The notes: generated by a model from the letters alone, not told the origin. A stretch of DNA of 63,236 bases from Octopus bimaculoides (GCF_001194135.2 NC_069003.1:13151583-13214818), one strand, 5' to 3'. Positions 1-13,479 are shown, counted from the first letter of the stretch. A program made the numbers and translations.

Positions 1-1762
1 GTGACAGTGATGGAGGTACACCTGTCTACATTGTAGTGTGGTGACAGTGATGGAGGTACGCCTGTCTACATTGTAGTGCGGTGACAGTGATGGAGGTACG
101 CCTGTCTACATTGTAGTGCGGTGACAGTGATGGAGGTACACCTGTCTACATTGTAGTGTGGTGACAGTGATGGAGGTACACCTGTGTACATTGTAGTCTG
201 GTGACAGTGATGGTGGTACACCTGTCTACATTGTAGTGTGGTGACAGTGATGGAGGTACGCCTGTCTACATTGTAANNNNNNNNNNNNCTGGTGACAGTG
301 ATGGTGGTACACCTGTCTACATTGTAGTGTGGTGACAGTGATGGAGGTACGCCTGTCTACATTGTAATGTGGTGACAGTGATGGAGGTATACCTGTCTAC
401 ATTGTAGTGTGGTGACAGTGATGGAGGTACGCCTGTCTACATTGTAGTGTGGTGACAGTGATGGAGGTACACCTGTCTACATTGTAGTGTGGTGACAGTG
501 ATGGAGGTACACCTGTCTACATTGTAGTGTGGTGACAGTGATGGAGGTACACCTGTCTACATTGTAGTNNNNNNNNNNNNNNNNNNNNNNNNNNNNNNNN
601 NNNNNNNNNNNNNNNNNNNNNNNNNNNNNNNNNNNNNNNNNNNNNNNNNNNNNNNNNNNNNNNNNNNNNNNNNNNNNNNNNNNNNNNNNNNNNNNNNNNN
701 NNNNNNNNNNNNNNNNNNNNNNNNNNNNNNNNNNNNNNNNNNNNNNNNNNNNNNNNNNNNNNNNNNNNNNNNNNNNNNNNNNNNNNNNNNNNNNNNNNNN
801 NNNNNNNNNNNNNNNNNNNNNNNNNNNNNNNNNNNNNNNNNNNNNNNNNNNNNNNNNNNNNNNNNNNNNNNNNNNNNNNNNNNNNNNNNNNNNNNNNNNN
901 NNNNNNNNNNNNNNNNNNNNNNNNNNNNNNNNNNNNNNNNNNNNNNNNNNNNNNNNNNNNNNNNNNNNNNNNNNNNNNNNNNNNNNNNNNNNNNNNNNNN
1001 NNNNNNNNNNNNNNNNNNNNNNNNNNNNNNNNNNNNNNNNNNNNNNNNNNNNNNNNNNNNNNNNNNNNNNNNNNNNNNNNNNNNNNNNNNNNNNNNNNNN
1101 NNNNNNNNNNNNNNNNNNNNNNNNNNNNNNNNNNNNNNNNNNNNNNNNNNNNNNNNNNNNNNNNNNNNNNNNNNNNNNNNNNNNNNNNNNNNNNNNNNNN
1201 NNNNNNNNNNNNNNNNNNNNNNNNNNNNNNNNNNNNNNNNNNNNNNNNNNNNNNNNNNNNNNNNNNNNNNNNNNNNNNNNNNNNNNNNNNNNNNNNNNNN
1301 NNNNNNNNNNNNNNNNNNNNNNNNNNNNNNNNNNNNNNNNNNNNNNNNNNNNNNNNNNNNNNNNNNNNNNNNNNNNNNNNNNNNNNNNNNNNNNNNNNNN
1401 NNNNNNNNNNNNNNNNNNNNNNNNNNNNNNNNNNNNNNNNNNNNNNNNNNNNNNNNNNNNNNNNNNNNNNNNNNNNNNNNNNNNNNNNNNNNNNNNNNNN
1501 NNNNNNNNNGATGGAGGTACACCTGTCTACATTGTAGTGCGGTGACAGTGATGGAGGTACGCCTGTCTACATTGTAGTGCGGTGACAGTGATGGAGGTAC
1601 GCCTGTCTACATTGTAGTGCGGTGACAGTGATGGAGGTACACCTGTCTACATTGTAGTGTGGTGACAGTGATGGAGGTACACCTGTCTACATTGTAGTGC
1701 GGTGACAGTGATGGAGGTACACCTGTCTACATTGTAGTGTGGTGACAGTGACGGAGGTACAC
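1..1762. repeat. 40-bp minisatellite array, interrupted by N-gaps (277-288, 569-1509)
   Basis: Unit GTGACAGTGATGGAGGTACACCTGTCTACATTGTAGTGTG is repeated head to tail on both sides of the gaps with few variants (TACA/TACG, GTGT/GTGC). It has stops in all frames. Confidence 0.97.
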
Positions 1763-2204
1763 AAATATTTTGGCTATCTTTCTAAATCCTGCTGCTTTTC
1801 ACATGGAATTTTGGGTACTCCACAGTCATCCTGGTTTATATGTCGACCTATCTTTTTTGACTGTAAATTTTAGTCTGAAAAATTTTACTTTTATGCTGGA
1901 AAATACAGTATTTTGTAAGCAGAAGTGTACTAAGAGAGTAAGGAAATATTTAGTGTAGGGAAGAATTTTCTCTTGTAGTGTAAAACAAGGTTTACTCTTA
2001 AGTTTATGCAGAGGAAGGTAGAGGGACAAAGTTATAGAAACTTATATACACAGGTGTGGTTGTGTGGTAAGAAGTTTGCTTCCAACCTCATAGTTCGAGG
2101 TTCAGTCCCACTGTGTTGCACCTTGGGCAAGTGTCTTCTGCTATGGCCTTGAGCTGACCAAAGCCTCGTGAGTAGATTTGGTAGACAGAAACTGAATGAG
2201 AGTC

Positions 2205-2900
2205 ATCATCATCATCATCATTGTTTAACGTCCGCTTTCCATGCTAGCATGGGTTGGACGATTTGACTGAGGACTGGCAAGCCAGAAGGCTGCACCAGGC
2301 TCCAATCTGATCTGGCAGAGTTACTACAGCTGGATGCCCTTCCTAATGCCAACCACTCCGAGAGGGTAGTGGGTGCTTTTACGTTCCACTGGCACGANNN
2401 NNNNNNNCAGGCTCCAATCTGATCTGGCAGAGTTACTACAGCTGGATGCCCTTCCTAATGCCAACCACTCCGAGAGGGTAGTGGGTGCTTTTACGTTCCA
2501 CTGGCACGAGGGCCAGTCACACAGTACTGGCTATGGCCACGCTCAAAAAGGTGTTTTTTACGTGCCACCTGCACGGGAGCCAGTCCAGCAGCACTGGCAA
2601 CGACCGCTGGACTGGCTCCCATGCAGGTGATTATCATTCAATGTCCATTTTCCATGTTGTCATGGGTTGGACAGTTTGACAGGAGATGGCCACATCTGAA
2701 GAGCTGCCTGGGCTCCATGTCTGATTTGGCATAGTTTCTATGGCTGGATGCCCTTCCTAATGTCAACCACTTTACAGAGTGTAATGGGTGCCTTTACACA
2801 GCACCGGTATATGGGAGTTTCTTTGTGGCACCAGCATAGGTGCTTTTTATGTAGCACTAGCACCCATGAGTCTGCAAGATTAGGATCGCTTAGTTGAAGA
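2205..2900 (-). mobile_element. (GAT)n-tailed retroposon family (RTE-related SINE-like), nested copies
   Basis: (CAT)n followed by GTTTAACGTCC...GGATGCCCTTCCTAATGCCAACCAC. The same core recurs near 7110-7400, 10245-10520, 40080-40290, 42400-42650, 50870-51130, 56020-56480 and 57360-57690. Confidence 0.75.
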
Positions 2901-2923
2901 GGGATTCAGGTGACATGCTTGTG

Positions 2924-2967
<44 letters not shown>

Positions 2968-3729
2968 TTTGTGTCTGTGTTTGTCCCACCATCACCTGAC
3001 AACCAGTGTTGGTGTGTTTACATCCCTGCAACTTGGTGGTTTGACAAAAGAGACCAATAGAATAAATACTTGGCTTAAAAAAAAAAAGTACTGGGTTTGA
3101 TTCATTCAACTAAAAATTCTTCAATGCAGTGCCCCAGCATGGCCACAGTGTACTGACTGAAGGAAGTAAATGATGTAAGATAAAGCATTGGTAATCATCT
3201 CTTTATGTGGTCGTTCAGACTTCTAGAAACAGCAGCCAAATCTTTTCTAAATCACACCTCTACTCTCTTAGCAAAAAAGGATATAGAAACATTTTGACCT
3301 TTGAGAGAAAAAAAAAAATGAAATGCTAGGGTTTAAAGGTATTTGAGTACATGTCAGCTGCTTTAGGGATTAGGGCCCCAACAGAAGACACTTACCTGAG
3401 GTGCCACACAGTGGGGCTGAACCCAGGTCTTGAAACCAATCTAACCACACTTCAATTAGCCTCACTCACTCACCCATGCATAAGTGCACTCACTCACGTA
3501 TGCACTCATTCACTCACTCCTCTACACTCACTCACTCACACTCACGCACATATACTCACTCAGCCACCCAATCAGTCAAGTACTCAGCTGGGACTTATTC
3601 CATTACCTCCCCACTGCCACAGAGTATTTGAAAGGCAGTGTTGACATTGGTTGCATTTTTCTCCAAAGCTGCCTGGCCTTGACTTCACACTTCAAACAAC
3701 TCTTTTCATTTCCTCTATTCTAATCCCTG

Positions 3730-3996
3730 TGCAAATGTGCATATGTATGCATGCATATATGTGTGTGTGTGTGCATATCTGTATACAATAATGTATGTAT
3801 ATGTGCTGTATATATGTATGCATCAAAAAATATGCCTGCATATATACATATGTATGCATTAGATATATATGCATATCTAATGTGCATGTATACATGTGTG
3901 CATACTTATATATAATAATGTGTATATGTGCATATATATATGCATGCATATATGTATGTGTGCATATCAATGTATAATAATGTGAATGTGTACATG

Positions 3997-4038
<42 letters not shown>

Positions 4039-4280
4039 TATATATGTGCATATCTATGTATGATTATGTGCATCTGTATGTATATGTAAATAGATATATA
4101 TATGTATGCATATCTATGTATAATAATATCCATTTGTATGTATGTGTGTATCTGTATGCCTTTATTTCTATATATGTATGCATATATATATATATGCATG
4201 TGTGCTTATCTATATATATACTAATTAGAGCATATGTATGTGTAATGTGTGCATAAGTATAAAGTGTGTGTGTGTGTACC
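3730..4280. repeat. Compound (TA)/(TG)/(ATGC) microsatellite tract
   Basis: Continuous degenerate ATGTATGC/TATA/TGTG repeats. Overlapping ORFs are H/T/Y/I or C/V/M/Y low complexity. Confidence 0.9.
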
Positions 4281-5101
4281 CTTTCTCCTCACTTACATAA
4301 GTTTAATTGTAAAATAGTTGGCACACAATGTCTGGCAACAGTCACTGAGACACAGATACATCCTCCCCCAACCCCTCAATACATGCAGTAACAATCAAGC
4401 ACACATCTCCAAAATATAGGCCAGATTTCTCTCTCAAAAGAGTGTATATAGGTATGTGTGTGAATATATGTGTGTGTGTGTGTGTGTATACACACACACA
4501 AGCACAAATGCATTATTTGTGTGTGTGCTCATGTATGTTGCTGTTTGTTGCTTCTTGAGCCATGCTTGGCTCATAAGGGCCGGTTTTCCAGTTTCGTTGG
4601 GATATAGGTTCCCCACCTGGACAGGACACCAGTCCATCGCAGGTGAGCTGCTAGATGCAGGCGAAGAGAGTGAGAGAAAGTTGTGGCAATTTAATCAGCA
4701 GAAGTTCGCCATTACCCTCTGCTGGAACCACGTGAAGCTTAGGTGTTTTGTCATAAACACATCACATGGTCTGAGATTCTAACCTGCAATCCCTCGGCCA
4801 CAAGTCTGCTGCTCTAACCACTAGGCCATGTGCCTCCACTCTGTTTCATACATACATTCTTTTATTCTTTTTCAGTCATTCAACTGCAGCCATGCTGGAC
4901 CCCAAGACTTTTCTTTTTAAAGCCTAGTACTTCTGTTGGTCTCTCTTTGCCAAACCACTATAATATCTTGGACCAGAAAATTCTTTCTCTCTCTCTCTCT
5001 CTCAATACATGAAGTAACCCTCACATGCAACATTTCCAAAATGAAAGCCAGATTCATCTCTCAATAGAATGTATATATGTGTGTGTGCGTATATATATAT
5101 A

Positions 5102-5154
<53 letters not shown>

Positions 5155-6134
5155 GGAGTGGCTGCGTGGTAAGTAGCTTACTTACCAACCACATGGTCCC
5201 GGGTTCAGTCCCACTGCGTCGCACTTTCTGGAAGTGTCTTCTATTATAGCTCCGGGCCGACCAAAGCCTTGTAAGTGGATTTGGTAGACAGAAACTGCAA
5301 GAAGCCCGTCATATATGTATATATATGTATGTGTGTCTGTTTGTCTCCCCAACATCGCTTGACAACTGATGTTGGTCTGTTTACATTCCTGTAACTTAGT
5401 GGTTCGGTAAAAAAGACTGCTAGAATAATTCTGTGTGTGTGTGTTTATGTTATATCTATGTATTTACAAAAGTATGTATGTAGCATCACATCTATATGAC
5501 AGCTGTATTAACATTAGCATCCCATTACCACTCAATATTTGTCACTTACATAACACCGTTCTCACCTTCCCTGATATAAGTCACCCTCATTCTACTACTG
5601 CAAATCCCTCAACTAATACATTTTGCACCCTCCTCATTTTATTATATAATTCGCCCAACCCCACTGGGGGGCACATTATAGATTTTCATTGAAATCCAAT
5701 TAGCCTATTATTGAACTAGATGTGAGTGTAACATGTATGCTAAGTTTCATGAATATTGGGTCACTGGTTTAGGCACTATGATAACTGACAGACAAAAATT
5801 GCTATTTATATATGAGAAAATATAATATGATATATCCTGGACCAGTTCAATGGTTCTGGTTTCTTCATAATTGAGGCAACAGAGTTGATAGGGATGTGAC
5901 TGTTTTCTGTTAGTTAATTTATATTTCAGCTGCACCAAAATACATCCCCCTTTACCACACACAGTGTGCCATGCAGATCTACAGCATCACTTGCTGTTGT
6001 ACTAATTACCAATACTAAACTACTACACACCAACTATAGCCATAATCACACCATCTCAGCTAATATAACACCAATACACAACTACAGCCTGTGCTATTCT
6101 CATATATTAATATTCACCATACCGTAATATTCAG

Positions 6135-6293
6135 GTGCAGGAGTGGCTGTGTGGTAAGAAGCGTGCTTCCTAACCACATGGTTCCGGGTTCAGTCCCACT
6201 GTTTGGCACCTTGGGCAAGTGACTTCTGCTATAGCTTTGGACCAACCAAATCCTTGAGTGGATTTGGTAGATGGAAACTGAAAGAAAACCGTC

Positions 6294-6333
<40 letters not shown>

Positions 6334-6540
6334 TATGTGTGTCTGTGTTTGTCCCCCCCATCATCGCTTGACACTGATGTTGGTGTATTTACATACCTGT
6401 AACTTAGCAGTTCAGCAAAAGAGACCGATAGAATAAGTACTAAGCTTACAAAGAATAAGTCCTGAGATTGATTTGTTTGACTAAAGGCGGTGCTCCAGCA
6501 TGACCACAGTCAAATGACTGAAACTAGTAATAAAAGTAAA
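6135..6540 (+). mobile_element. tRNA-derived CORE-type octopus SINE (OR-like), near full length
   Basis: tRNA-like head (GGCTGTGTGGTAAG...GGTTCAGTCCC), CORE-like CACCTTGGGCAAGT, internal (TA)n/(TG)n and 3' CCAGCATGGCCRCAGTC-ATGACTGAAAC. More than 20 related copies or fragments lie across the window on both strands. Confidence 0.85.
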
Positions 6541-6889
6541 AGTATGAGTATATAACAAGCCAATGCTGATTGTGAAGCTGTGGTGGAGAAACAAACATAG
6601 ACACAAAGACACACACATTTACACACACACACACACATATATATATCACAGGCTTCCACACAGTTTTCATTTACCAAATCCACTCTTCAAGGCTTTGGTT
6701 AACCTGGTGCTATAGTAGAAGATACTTGGCCAATGTGCTACACAGTGGGATTGAACCCAGAACTATGTGGTTGGGAAGCAAAATTCTTACCACACAGTCA
6801 CACCTATCTGGTTGTAAAATCCTACTTCAAAATCAATTCCTGTACCAGGTAAGATACTTTGGGAAAACGGTCATTAAATGTACAAACGA

Positions 6890-7110
6890 ACAAACAACAC
6901 ACACACACTCACGTACAAGCATCTGTGTGCACTCACACATACACTCTTACATACATGCACACTCACATATACACACACACATACATGCACACACTCACAC
7001 ACACACTTACATGCACACACTCACACACACACACACTTACATGCACACACTCACACACACACACTCTTACATACATACACACATGCACACTCTTACATAC
7101 ATGCACACAC
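6890..7110. repeat. (CA)-rich compound microsatellite
   Basis: Repeated ACACACTCTTACATACATGC/CACA units. Confidence 0.9.
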
Positions 7111-7954
7111 ACATCATCCTCATTTAACATCCCCTTTTCATTGCTGGCATGGGTTGGACAGTTCAATATGAACATCTGAAGCAAAGGGTTTTGCAGAATT
7201 CCAACGTCCCCTTTGGCATGATTTCTACACCTTGATGCCCTTCTCAATGCCAACCACTTCACAGAGCGTGAGTGTGTTGGTGCCTTTTTTTTTATGGCAC
7301 CCATACTAGTGAGATCACCAAGTACCCACAAGACAGTACCCCTCAGCTGGGTAAGGTATTGTGTCGATGGATATGAACGTATGATAGAGGGGAAAGGAGT
7401 GAATGTCTTGTTGAAGGGGTGAATGCATGGCTTGTCCATTTAGATAGAGAGAGAGAGAGTGGGGGTGATGTGAGGTCAAGGTATGAGAGACAGAAGAGGA
7501 TAGAGGAGCAAAAAAAGTATGTATACGGGTAAATATGCACTGAGTGAGAATAGTGTGACAGATGATTAGAGATAAGGAACAAGTTGGATGCAGAGGATAT
7601 CAGTTTAGAAGTAGAGAAATAGAGGATGGAGATAGGGTGCTGCAGACATGCACACTTACATCTATATAGATACATGCAAACACACATACACATGATGGAC
7701 TTAGAATTCTATCTACTAAATCTCATTCACAAGGGCTTGATCAACCTAAGGATATAGGGAATGGCGCTTGGCCTTGGTGTTACCCATTTGTTTTAGATAT
7801 GGCATGAGCACACAATGGTGAAACAAACTTCTTCCCCACCCAGCCATATTTGGTTCTTGAAATTTTTAATTTTTACCAATTAGAGGTCACAACTCTAGAA
7901 TGTGATTTGAATGTCACAGGAAAGAATCACAAGACAAATTCTTCAACCTGAGTT

Positions 7955-8260
7955 AACAGGCAGGAGACCTGGAGATAGACCAAGAAAAAGATAGGTGGAT
8001 GAAGTCCACCGTCTCATTTGGTCATGCTTGGGAAGCCAGCTGGAAAGTGTGATTATGGCTGCTTCTGATAGGACCCTATGGACGAGGTGCCTGAGGACTA
8101 TGGCCACAACTGGCAGAATATCCAGGGGTAGACCAAGAATGTGATGGTTAGATAATATCCATAGTCTCAGTTGGTCGCACTTGGAAATCTAACTGAAATG
8201 TATAATGGCTTCTGATAGGACTCTATGAAAGCGGGGGACCCTGAGGGTTCTAACCTTATG
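7955..8260 (+). mobile_element. Two tandem decayed RTE-LINE C-terminal fragments
   Basis: Translates as GRRPGDRPRKR*VDEV...MAASDRTLWTRCL and GRISRGRPRM*WLDNI...MASDRTL*, matching the RTE C-terminal GRPxxxW motif. Confidence 0.6.
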
Positions 8261-8361
8261 ATCCTTCATGGAATAGTGGGCAGGCAAGATGGATAGATAG
8301 TCAAGAAAACAGACTTTTATCTTTTGGTGTAAGGTTTTCTACTTGTTTCTCTGTTTTTCAG

Positions 8362-8515
8362 TTGGTGTACTATATGGCTTGACCAGCATTTCAGTGGGGC
8401 ACCCCATTGACACAATCAAAACAAAAATGCAGGGTCAACATGGTTTTGAAAAGACCAACATGTTTCAGACTTTTGTGAAGACTTTTCAAACTCAGGGAAT
8501 TCGAGGCTTCTACAG
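8362..8515 (+). CDS. SLC25 mitochondrial carrier, first visible coding exon (5' exon missing)
   Basis: tttcAG acceptor and AG|GTAAG donor. Encodes (V)GVLYGLTSISVGHPIDTIKTKMQGQHGFEKTNMFQTFVKTFQTQGIRGFYR with motif PIDTIKTK. Phase 1 in, phase 2 out. Confidence 0.93.
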
Positions 8516-9179
8516 GTAAGCAATCCTTTATTACTAAAAAAGAAAAATAAATCAAGAAAACTCTCCATTATATTCACTAGATTATCATTGCCATCACCAT
8601 TGTCACCACCCCTCTCCTTGCATCACTTTTACCATCACCTTCACCATCACACTGTATCTAAGATTACATTATCCATCCTGCATGTCTTCTTTTATGCTGT
8701 TTAGTGTGATTTCAGCAAGATTTGACTGTTATTTCTTGCTGATTAATAACCAGGTAGAAGCTCCTGCATTGACTTTAACCCTTTAGCACTTGAACCAGCC
8801 GAATCCAGCCAAAATAGTTCAAACTGGCCAGATCCGGCTTCTCATATTTGCAGAGGCTGTTCAGTCATGCAACTCACAAGATTGAACCCTCAGGAAATCT
8901 TTTATTTTTTACTTGTTTTAGCCATTAGACTGTGCCCATGCTGGGGCACCACCTTGAAGAATTTCTAGTCAAATTGTAAGCCTAGTACTTATGCTATTGG
9001 TCTCTTTTGCCAAACCACTAAGTTATAGGGACATAAACACACCAATACCAGTTGTCAAGCAGTGGAGGAGGGGTACAACTACAGACACAGAAACAAACAG
9101 ATATANNNNNNNNNNNNNNNNNNNNNNNNNNNNNNNNNNNNNNNNNNNNNNNNNNNNNNNNNNNNNATATATATATATA

Positions 9180-9390
9180 CGAGGGGATGCTGGAAAGTTC
9201 CTGGCTTTAAGGGTATCTGAAAGGCCTGGTTGGAGGCCTGACCTTCCAAGTTTTTTTATAGAGCTTATAGAAACTGAAGAACTGCTGCAATAATTGTATG
9301 AATTTGAGAGAGGAACATGTTAAAGAAAATCATAATTAACTGATTCTCCTGTATTTTCTATTACCCAAAGCCGCCGACATTTCAGCACCC

Positions 9391-9394
<4 letters not shown>
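9180..9394. mobile_element. Mariner-type MITE (~215 bp, TA TSD)
   Basis: TA|CGAGGGGATGCTGGAAAGTTCC...TTTCAGCACCCCTCA|TA terminal inverted repeats. Sister copies at 10562-10778, 23399-23606 and 30356-30582. Confidence 0.8.
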
Positions 9395-9444
<50 letters not shown>

Positions 9445-10561
9445 TACAATGGGCTTCTTTCAGATTCCATCTATCTAATCCACTCGCAAGGCTTTGGTGA
9501 GGCTGAGGCTGTTGTAGAAGACACTTGCCCCAGGTACAATGCAGTTAGGAAATAAGCTTCTTACAACACAGCCATGCCTGCCCCTGATGAGAGACGTTGG
9601 AGCAGAGCAGGTTCTTGTAGAAGAGCTGCATTGCTACTCCCATTTAGAAGAGAGGGGAAAGAGAATGGTGAACAGGACCTACACATAAACAATCACGTCA
9701 TTGAAATCTCAAGATCATGCATGACTAATTCAAAACAATGGGAATAGAGAAGCATCACATTTGACAGAGTGATCTGAATGCTACAGGATTACATAGGTGC
9801 ATTATGTTTGGGGCAATATTTGAAATGTAGAGAGAGTGGCTGAGTGGTAAGAAGCTTGCTTCCCAACCATATAGTTTCCAGGTTCAGTCCCACTGCATGA
9901 CACCTACTATAACCTCAGGCCAACTAGTCTTGTGAGTGGATTTGGTTGACAGAAACTGAAAGAAGACCGTTGTATATATATGTGTATGTGTGAGTGTCTT
10001 TGTGTCTGTGTTTGTCCTCCACCACTGTTTAACAACCAGTGCTGGTGTGTTTACATCTCCATAACTTAGTAGTTTAGCAAAAGAGATCAATAGAATAAGT
10101 TCCAGGCTTAAAAAAGTAACGTATTGGGAGTCAATTCATTGACTAGGAATTCTTCAAGGCAGTGCCACAGCATGGCCATGGTCTATTGACTGAAACAAGT
10201 AAAAGATAAAAGAAGATTAGGTATTAAAATGTGCTGTAAGAGCACGTCATCATCATCATCCCTTAATGTCCTCCTTCCTGACATGGGTTGGATGGTTTGA
10301 CAGGAGCTTGTGAGCCTTAAGTGTGCACTAAACTCTTCTCTCTGTTTTGGCAGGTTTCCAACAGCTGGATGCCCTTCCTGATGTCAGCCATTTTACAGAG
10401 TGTAACTGGGTGCTTTTTACATACAACCAGCATCAGTAATGCCACTGAGTAACTTGCATGACAAGACCCCCTTCTGCCCCTCAACTCAGTAGTGGTAGTA
10501 GTATTGAGGAGTTTAAGTATTATAGAGAGACCGAAACAATTGTATTCCTGTAAAGGAGATA

Positions 10562-10778
10562 CAAGGGGTTACTGAAAAGTTCCTGACTTTAAGGGTTTTG
10601 CGAAAGGCCTCATTGGAGGCCCAACCTTCTGAGTTCTTTTACAGGGCTTAGAAAAACTGAAGGACCACTGCAGTAAGTGTGTGAATCTGAGAGGGGAATA
10701 TGTTGAATAAAATCATAATTAACTGACCCTCCTGTATTTTCTTTTACCCAAAGGCAGGAACTTTGCAGCACCCCCTCA
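10562..10778. mobile_element. Mariner-type MITE copy
   Basis: TIRs CAAGGGGTTACTGAAAAGTTCCTG / CAGGAACTTTGCAGCACCCCCTCA flanked by TA. Body matches 9180-9394. Confidence 0.8.
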
Positions 10779-11027
10779 TAAAGGGCTGCCCCAGTTGGAA
10801 ATGAGAGAAGACAGAGTCCATAGTAGTGGAGATGTGTCAGGGCAATCTCTCGAGGTACAAGGAATTTAGGTGAAAGTGGGTCAGTGGATTGGACAGAAGC
10901 AAAGTGCTACAGATCTCTATTATCATTTACAAACAACCTAACACCACTTCCTTAATTACTCATTAAGTTTCCCTTGATAATACAGTAATACTACTTACCA
11001 CTCTGTTTTAATCTCTTATATTTACAG

Positions 11028-11096
11028 GGGTTGTATTCCACCATTATGGGGCTCAGGAATATTTCGCTCTACGCAGTTTGCAGTTTTTGAAGGGGC
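11028..11096 (+). CDS. SLC25 carrier exon (69 bp)
   Basis: tttacAG acceptor and GC|GTAAGT donor. Encodes (R)GCIPPLWGSGIFRSTQFAVFEG(A). Phase 2/2 fits both neighbours. Confidence 0.92.
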
Positions 11097-11789
11097 GTAA
11101 GTATTTGGTTTTTGTTTTGCTTTTTTTTTATGTATTTTTAGATATTTTGTTCACTAGCATAGCTAGAGTATGTGCCACCTGAGGCAGCCCTTCCATTTGC
11201 AGACCCTGGACCTCACAAAAAACACATACTGCCTACAGCAATAGCCTACAACAGGATGAAAAGTGCTGCCCCTGCCACTACCCCCAGCTACGCTAGTTAT
11301 TTTGTTGTTGTTTTCCCAGGTCATCTCTAATTCAACAGACCCAGGATCAGATCTGTGTTGCTGTAGCTGTGTGGTTAAGAAGTTTGCTTTACTACCATCA
11401 TGAACAACAAGGACCATCTAATCATCTTTAAGAATGATTGATGAATTGAGTGGTAACTTTGCATTTAAGCCAACCATATCCGGCCAGAATATTCTCCTTG
11501 TTTTATCTTCAAACTGACCAGATCTGGTCTCTCGCACCTACTTTACAATGTCATTCTAAATATAAACAATAACATCGTCAAAATCTCAAAGCTGCGAGGC
11601 AAAGCATGTTTAATTCAAAGGAAAGTGAATGTAATCTGAATGCTAAAGAGTTAAAGTGAAGAAGAGCTGTGCACTGTCAACCTCACTCTTTCTCTCATCT
11701 GTGATCATCTGAAATCCAGTGGCAAGACCAGGTCAGGACAACAGGGGACAGAGACAGATGCAGTAGATGAACAAAACATCTTATTTGCA

Positions 11790-13020
11790 TCATCTTGCTC
11801 TCTGCACTCTATATTGTGTTACTGCAGTTGCTATTGAGAAGTGGGGTGACAACACTGTTTGAAAACCTGATCACCAACATTAGCAACAGAATATCTAACC
11901 TCTCTTCCTCTAAAGAAATTTTTGAGAAGACAACCTCCTACTACTACAACACCCTAGCCAATATTGGCTTCAATGATGAATTAATTTACAACCCTTCTAG
12001 TATGAATAACAAAAATAAACCTAGGAGAATAATTTAGTTCCCCCAGTTTTTTCCCCTCGTGTTAAAACCAACATAGGTAAAAGATTCCTGTCTCCTTTAG
12101 ACAAACGTTTTCCTGTAAATTACTAGTAGAGAAAAATATTCAACAAGCACTCAGTCCAATTATCATATACCTACTGCTCCAATGTGAAGAGCATCATTAC
12201 ACACAAACACCACTAAGATCCTACTCCCAGTTATAGCTGTCGAGACCCATGAACCTATCCACTCAACTAGGAGTGCATGATTAAATGCATCATATACGAA
12301 ACAGAAGTTACAGCAACGCTAGTTGATAACATAACCGAAAAGAAGAGCTACATTGGGCTATGTGAAAACGACTTCAAAAATCGCTATGCTAACCACATAT
12401 CCTCATAGACAAAAGTAAAGTCACTAAGTTGGCTAGCCACATATGGGGTTTGTAGTTTAATGCCACACCACATACAATCAAGTGGAAAATAGTTGAAAAG
12501 TCCACACCATATGTCACTGAATCAAAAAAATGTAAGCTATGTGTAGCTGAAAGGTCACAGATCCTTTTCAGATCTAAGAACTCCACTTCACTGCTGAATT
12601 CCAGATCTGAAATTTTCAACAGATGTAAACATATGTATAAGTACCTGTTGGCAAATTAGAAAATATCACCCTCTCCAAATTTAGCAGCTGCACCACAGAC
12701 TCAAGGACCCTATCCATTCAGCCTTATGATTTTATAATCGAAGGGGACATAACTCTAATTCTCCCCTTCTTTTTCTTTTTTCGTTTTCTGGTGTTTTCAA
12801 CCTTCCACATTTTACATCTACTTTCTAATTACCTTTTCTCATATTTTCTCCTATCCTATTGTGCTGTTTTAGCTTGTTATGCCATATGGGCTGAGCCTGA
12901 GGATTGCATAAAGGCACTAAACATGTTATAAAATGCTGTCTGAATTGTTTTCATTGCACAAAACTTATTAGTAGCTCATAAAAATATATACTGTGTTTAT
13001 TAAATAATATTTATCTCTCA
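11790..13020 (+). mobile_element. Penelope-like element relic (RT thumb plus GIY-YIG endonuclease, 3' UTR)
   Basis: Frameshifted ITNISNRISNLSSSKEIF...KTNIGKRFL...IIYETEVT...SYIGLCENDFKNRYANH, followed by a pyrimidine-rich 3' UTR. Confidence 0.85.
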
Positions 13021-13479
13021 CCAGATGGAATACTTTTTTTGTTGGTCTTACCATCACAGAACTGTATATAGTATACTTGGGCAAGTGTCTTCTTCTAGAG
13101 CTCCAGGGTGATCAAAGCCTAATGATTGGATTTGGTAGATGGAAACTGAACAGAAGCTTGTTGTGTATGTATGTTTGTGTGTGTATATCTCTGTCTTGGC
13201 AGCACATGATGGATGTCTATGAGCACCACTGTCAATCAAGCTGGTTTTGTTTCCAGGCTTTTTGTGAAAAATATGTCTAGCCATGCGAAATATTACCTTG
13301 GTTGAAAACAGCTGAGGGTTGGTGACACAAAGAGCATCCAGCCATAGAAAATCTGCCTCAATAAATTCCATCCAACTCATGTAAGCATGAAATTGGGGGC
13401 TTCTTTCCCAGTAAGGTAATATTCCCCATGACCAGACATGTTTTATAAGGAAAGTGGCAGCAAAGAACAGCACTACACC

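Noticed and set aside
557-1522. Long ORFs spanning N-runs (also 20797-21282, 31752-32397, 37336-37974, 53534-54178, 59726-60078)
   Set aside because: They are artefacts of translating assembly gaps.
1-1762. CRISPR-like array
   Set aside because: Units abut with no unique spacers, the context is eukaryotic and there are no cas genes.
2288-2517. Perfect ~110-bp tandem duplication
   Set aside because: Identical copies flank a 10-N gap, which is typical of an unmerged contig overlap.
3692-4256. His/Thr/Tyr- or Cys/Val-rich ORFs (also 6726-7439, 40867-41177, 51768-52049, 55295-55606)
   Set aside because: They are translations of CA/TG/TA microsatellites.
5640-5820. Possible Helitron-like relic (minus-strand TCTCATATATAAATAG start)
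   Set aside because: No matching 3' hairpin or CTAG was found, so it is too weak to call.
1770-8340. First coding exon of the SLC25 gene
   Set aside because: No credible ATG-containing exon with a phase-1 donor was found. It probably lies upstream of the window.
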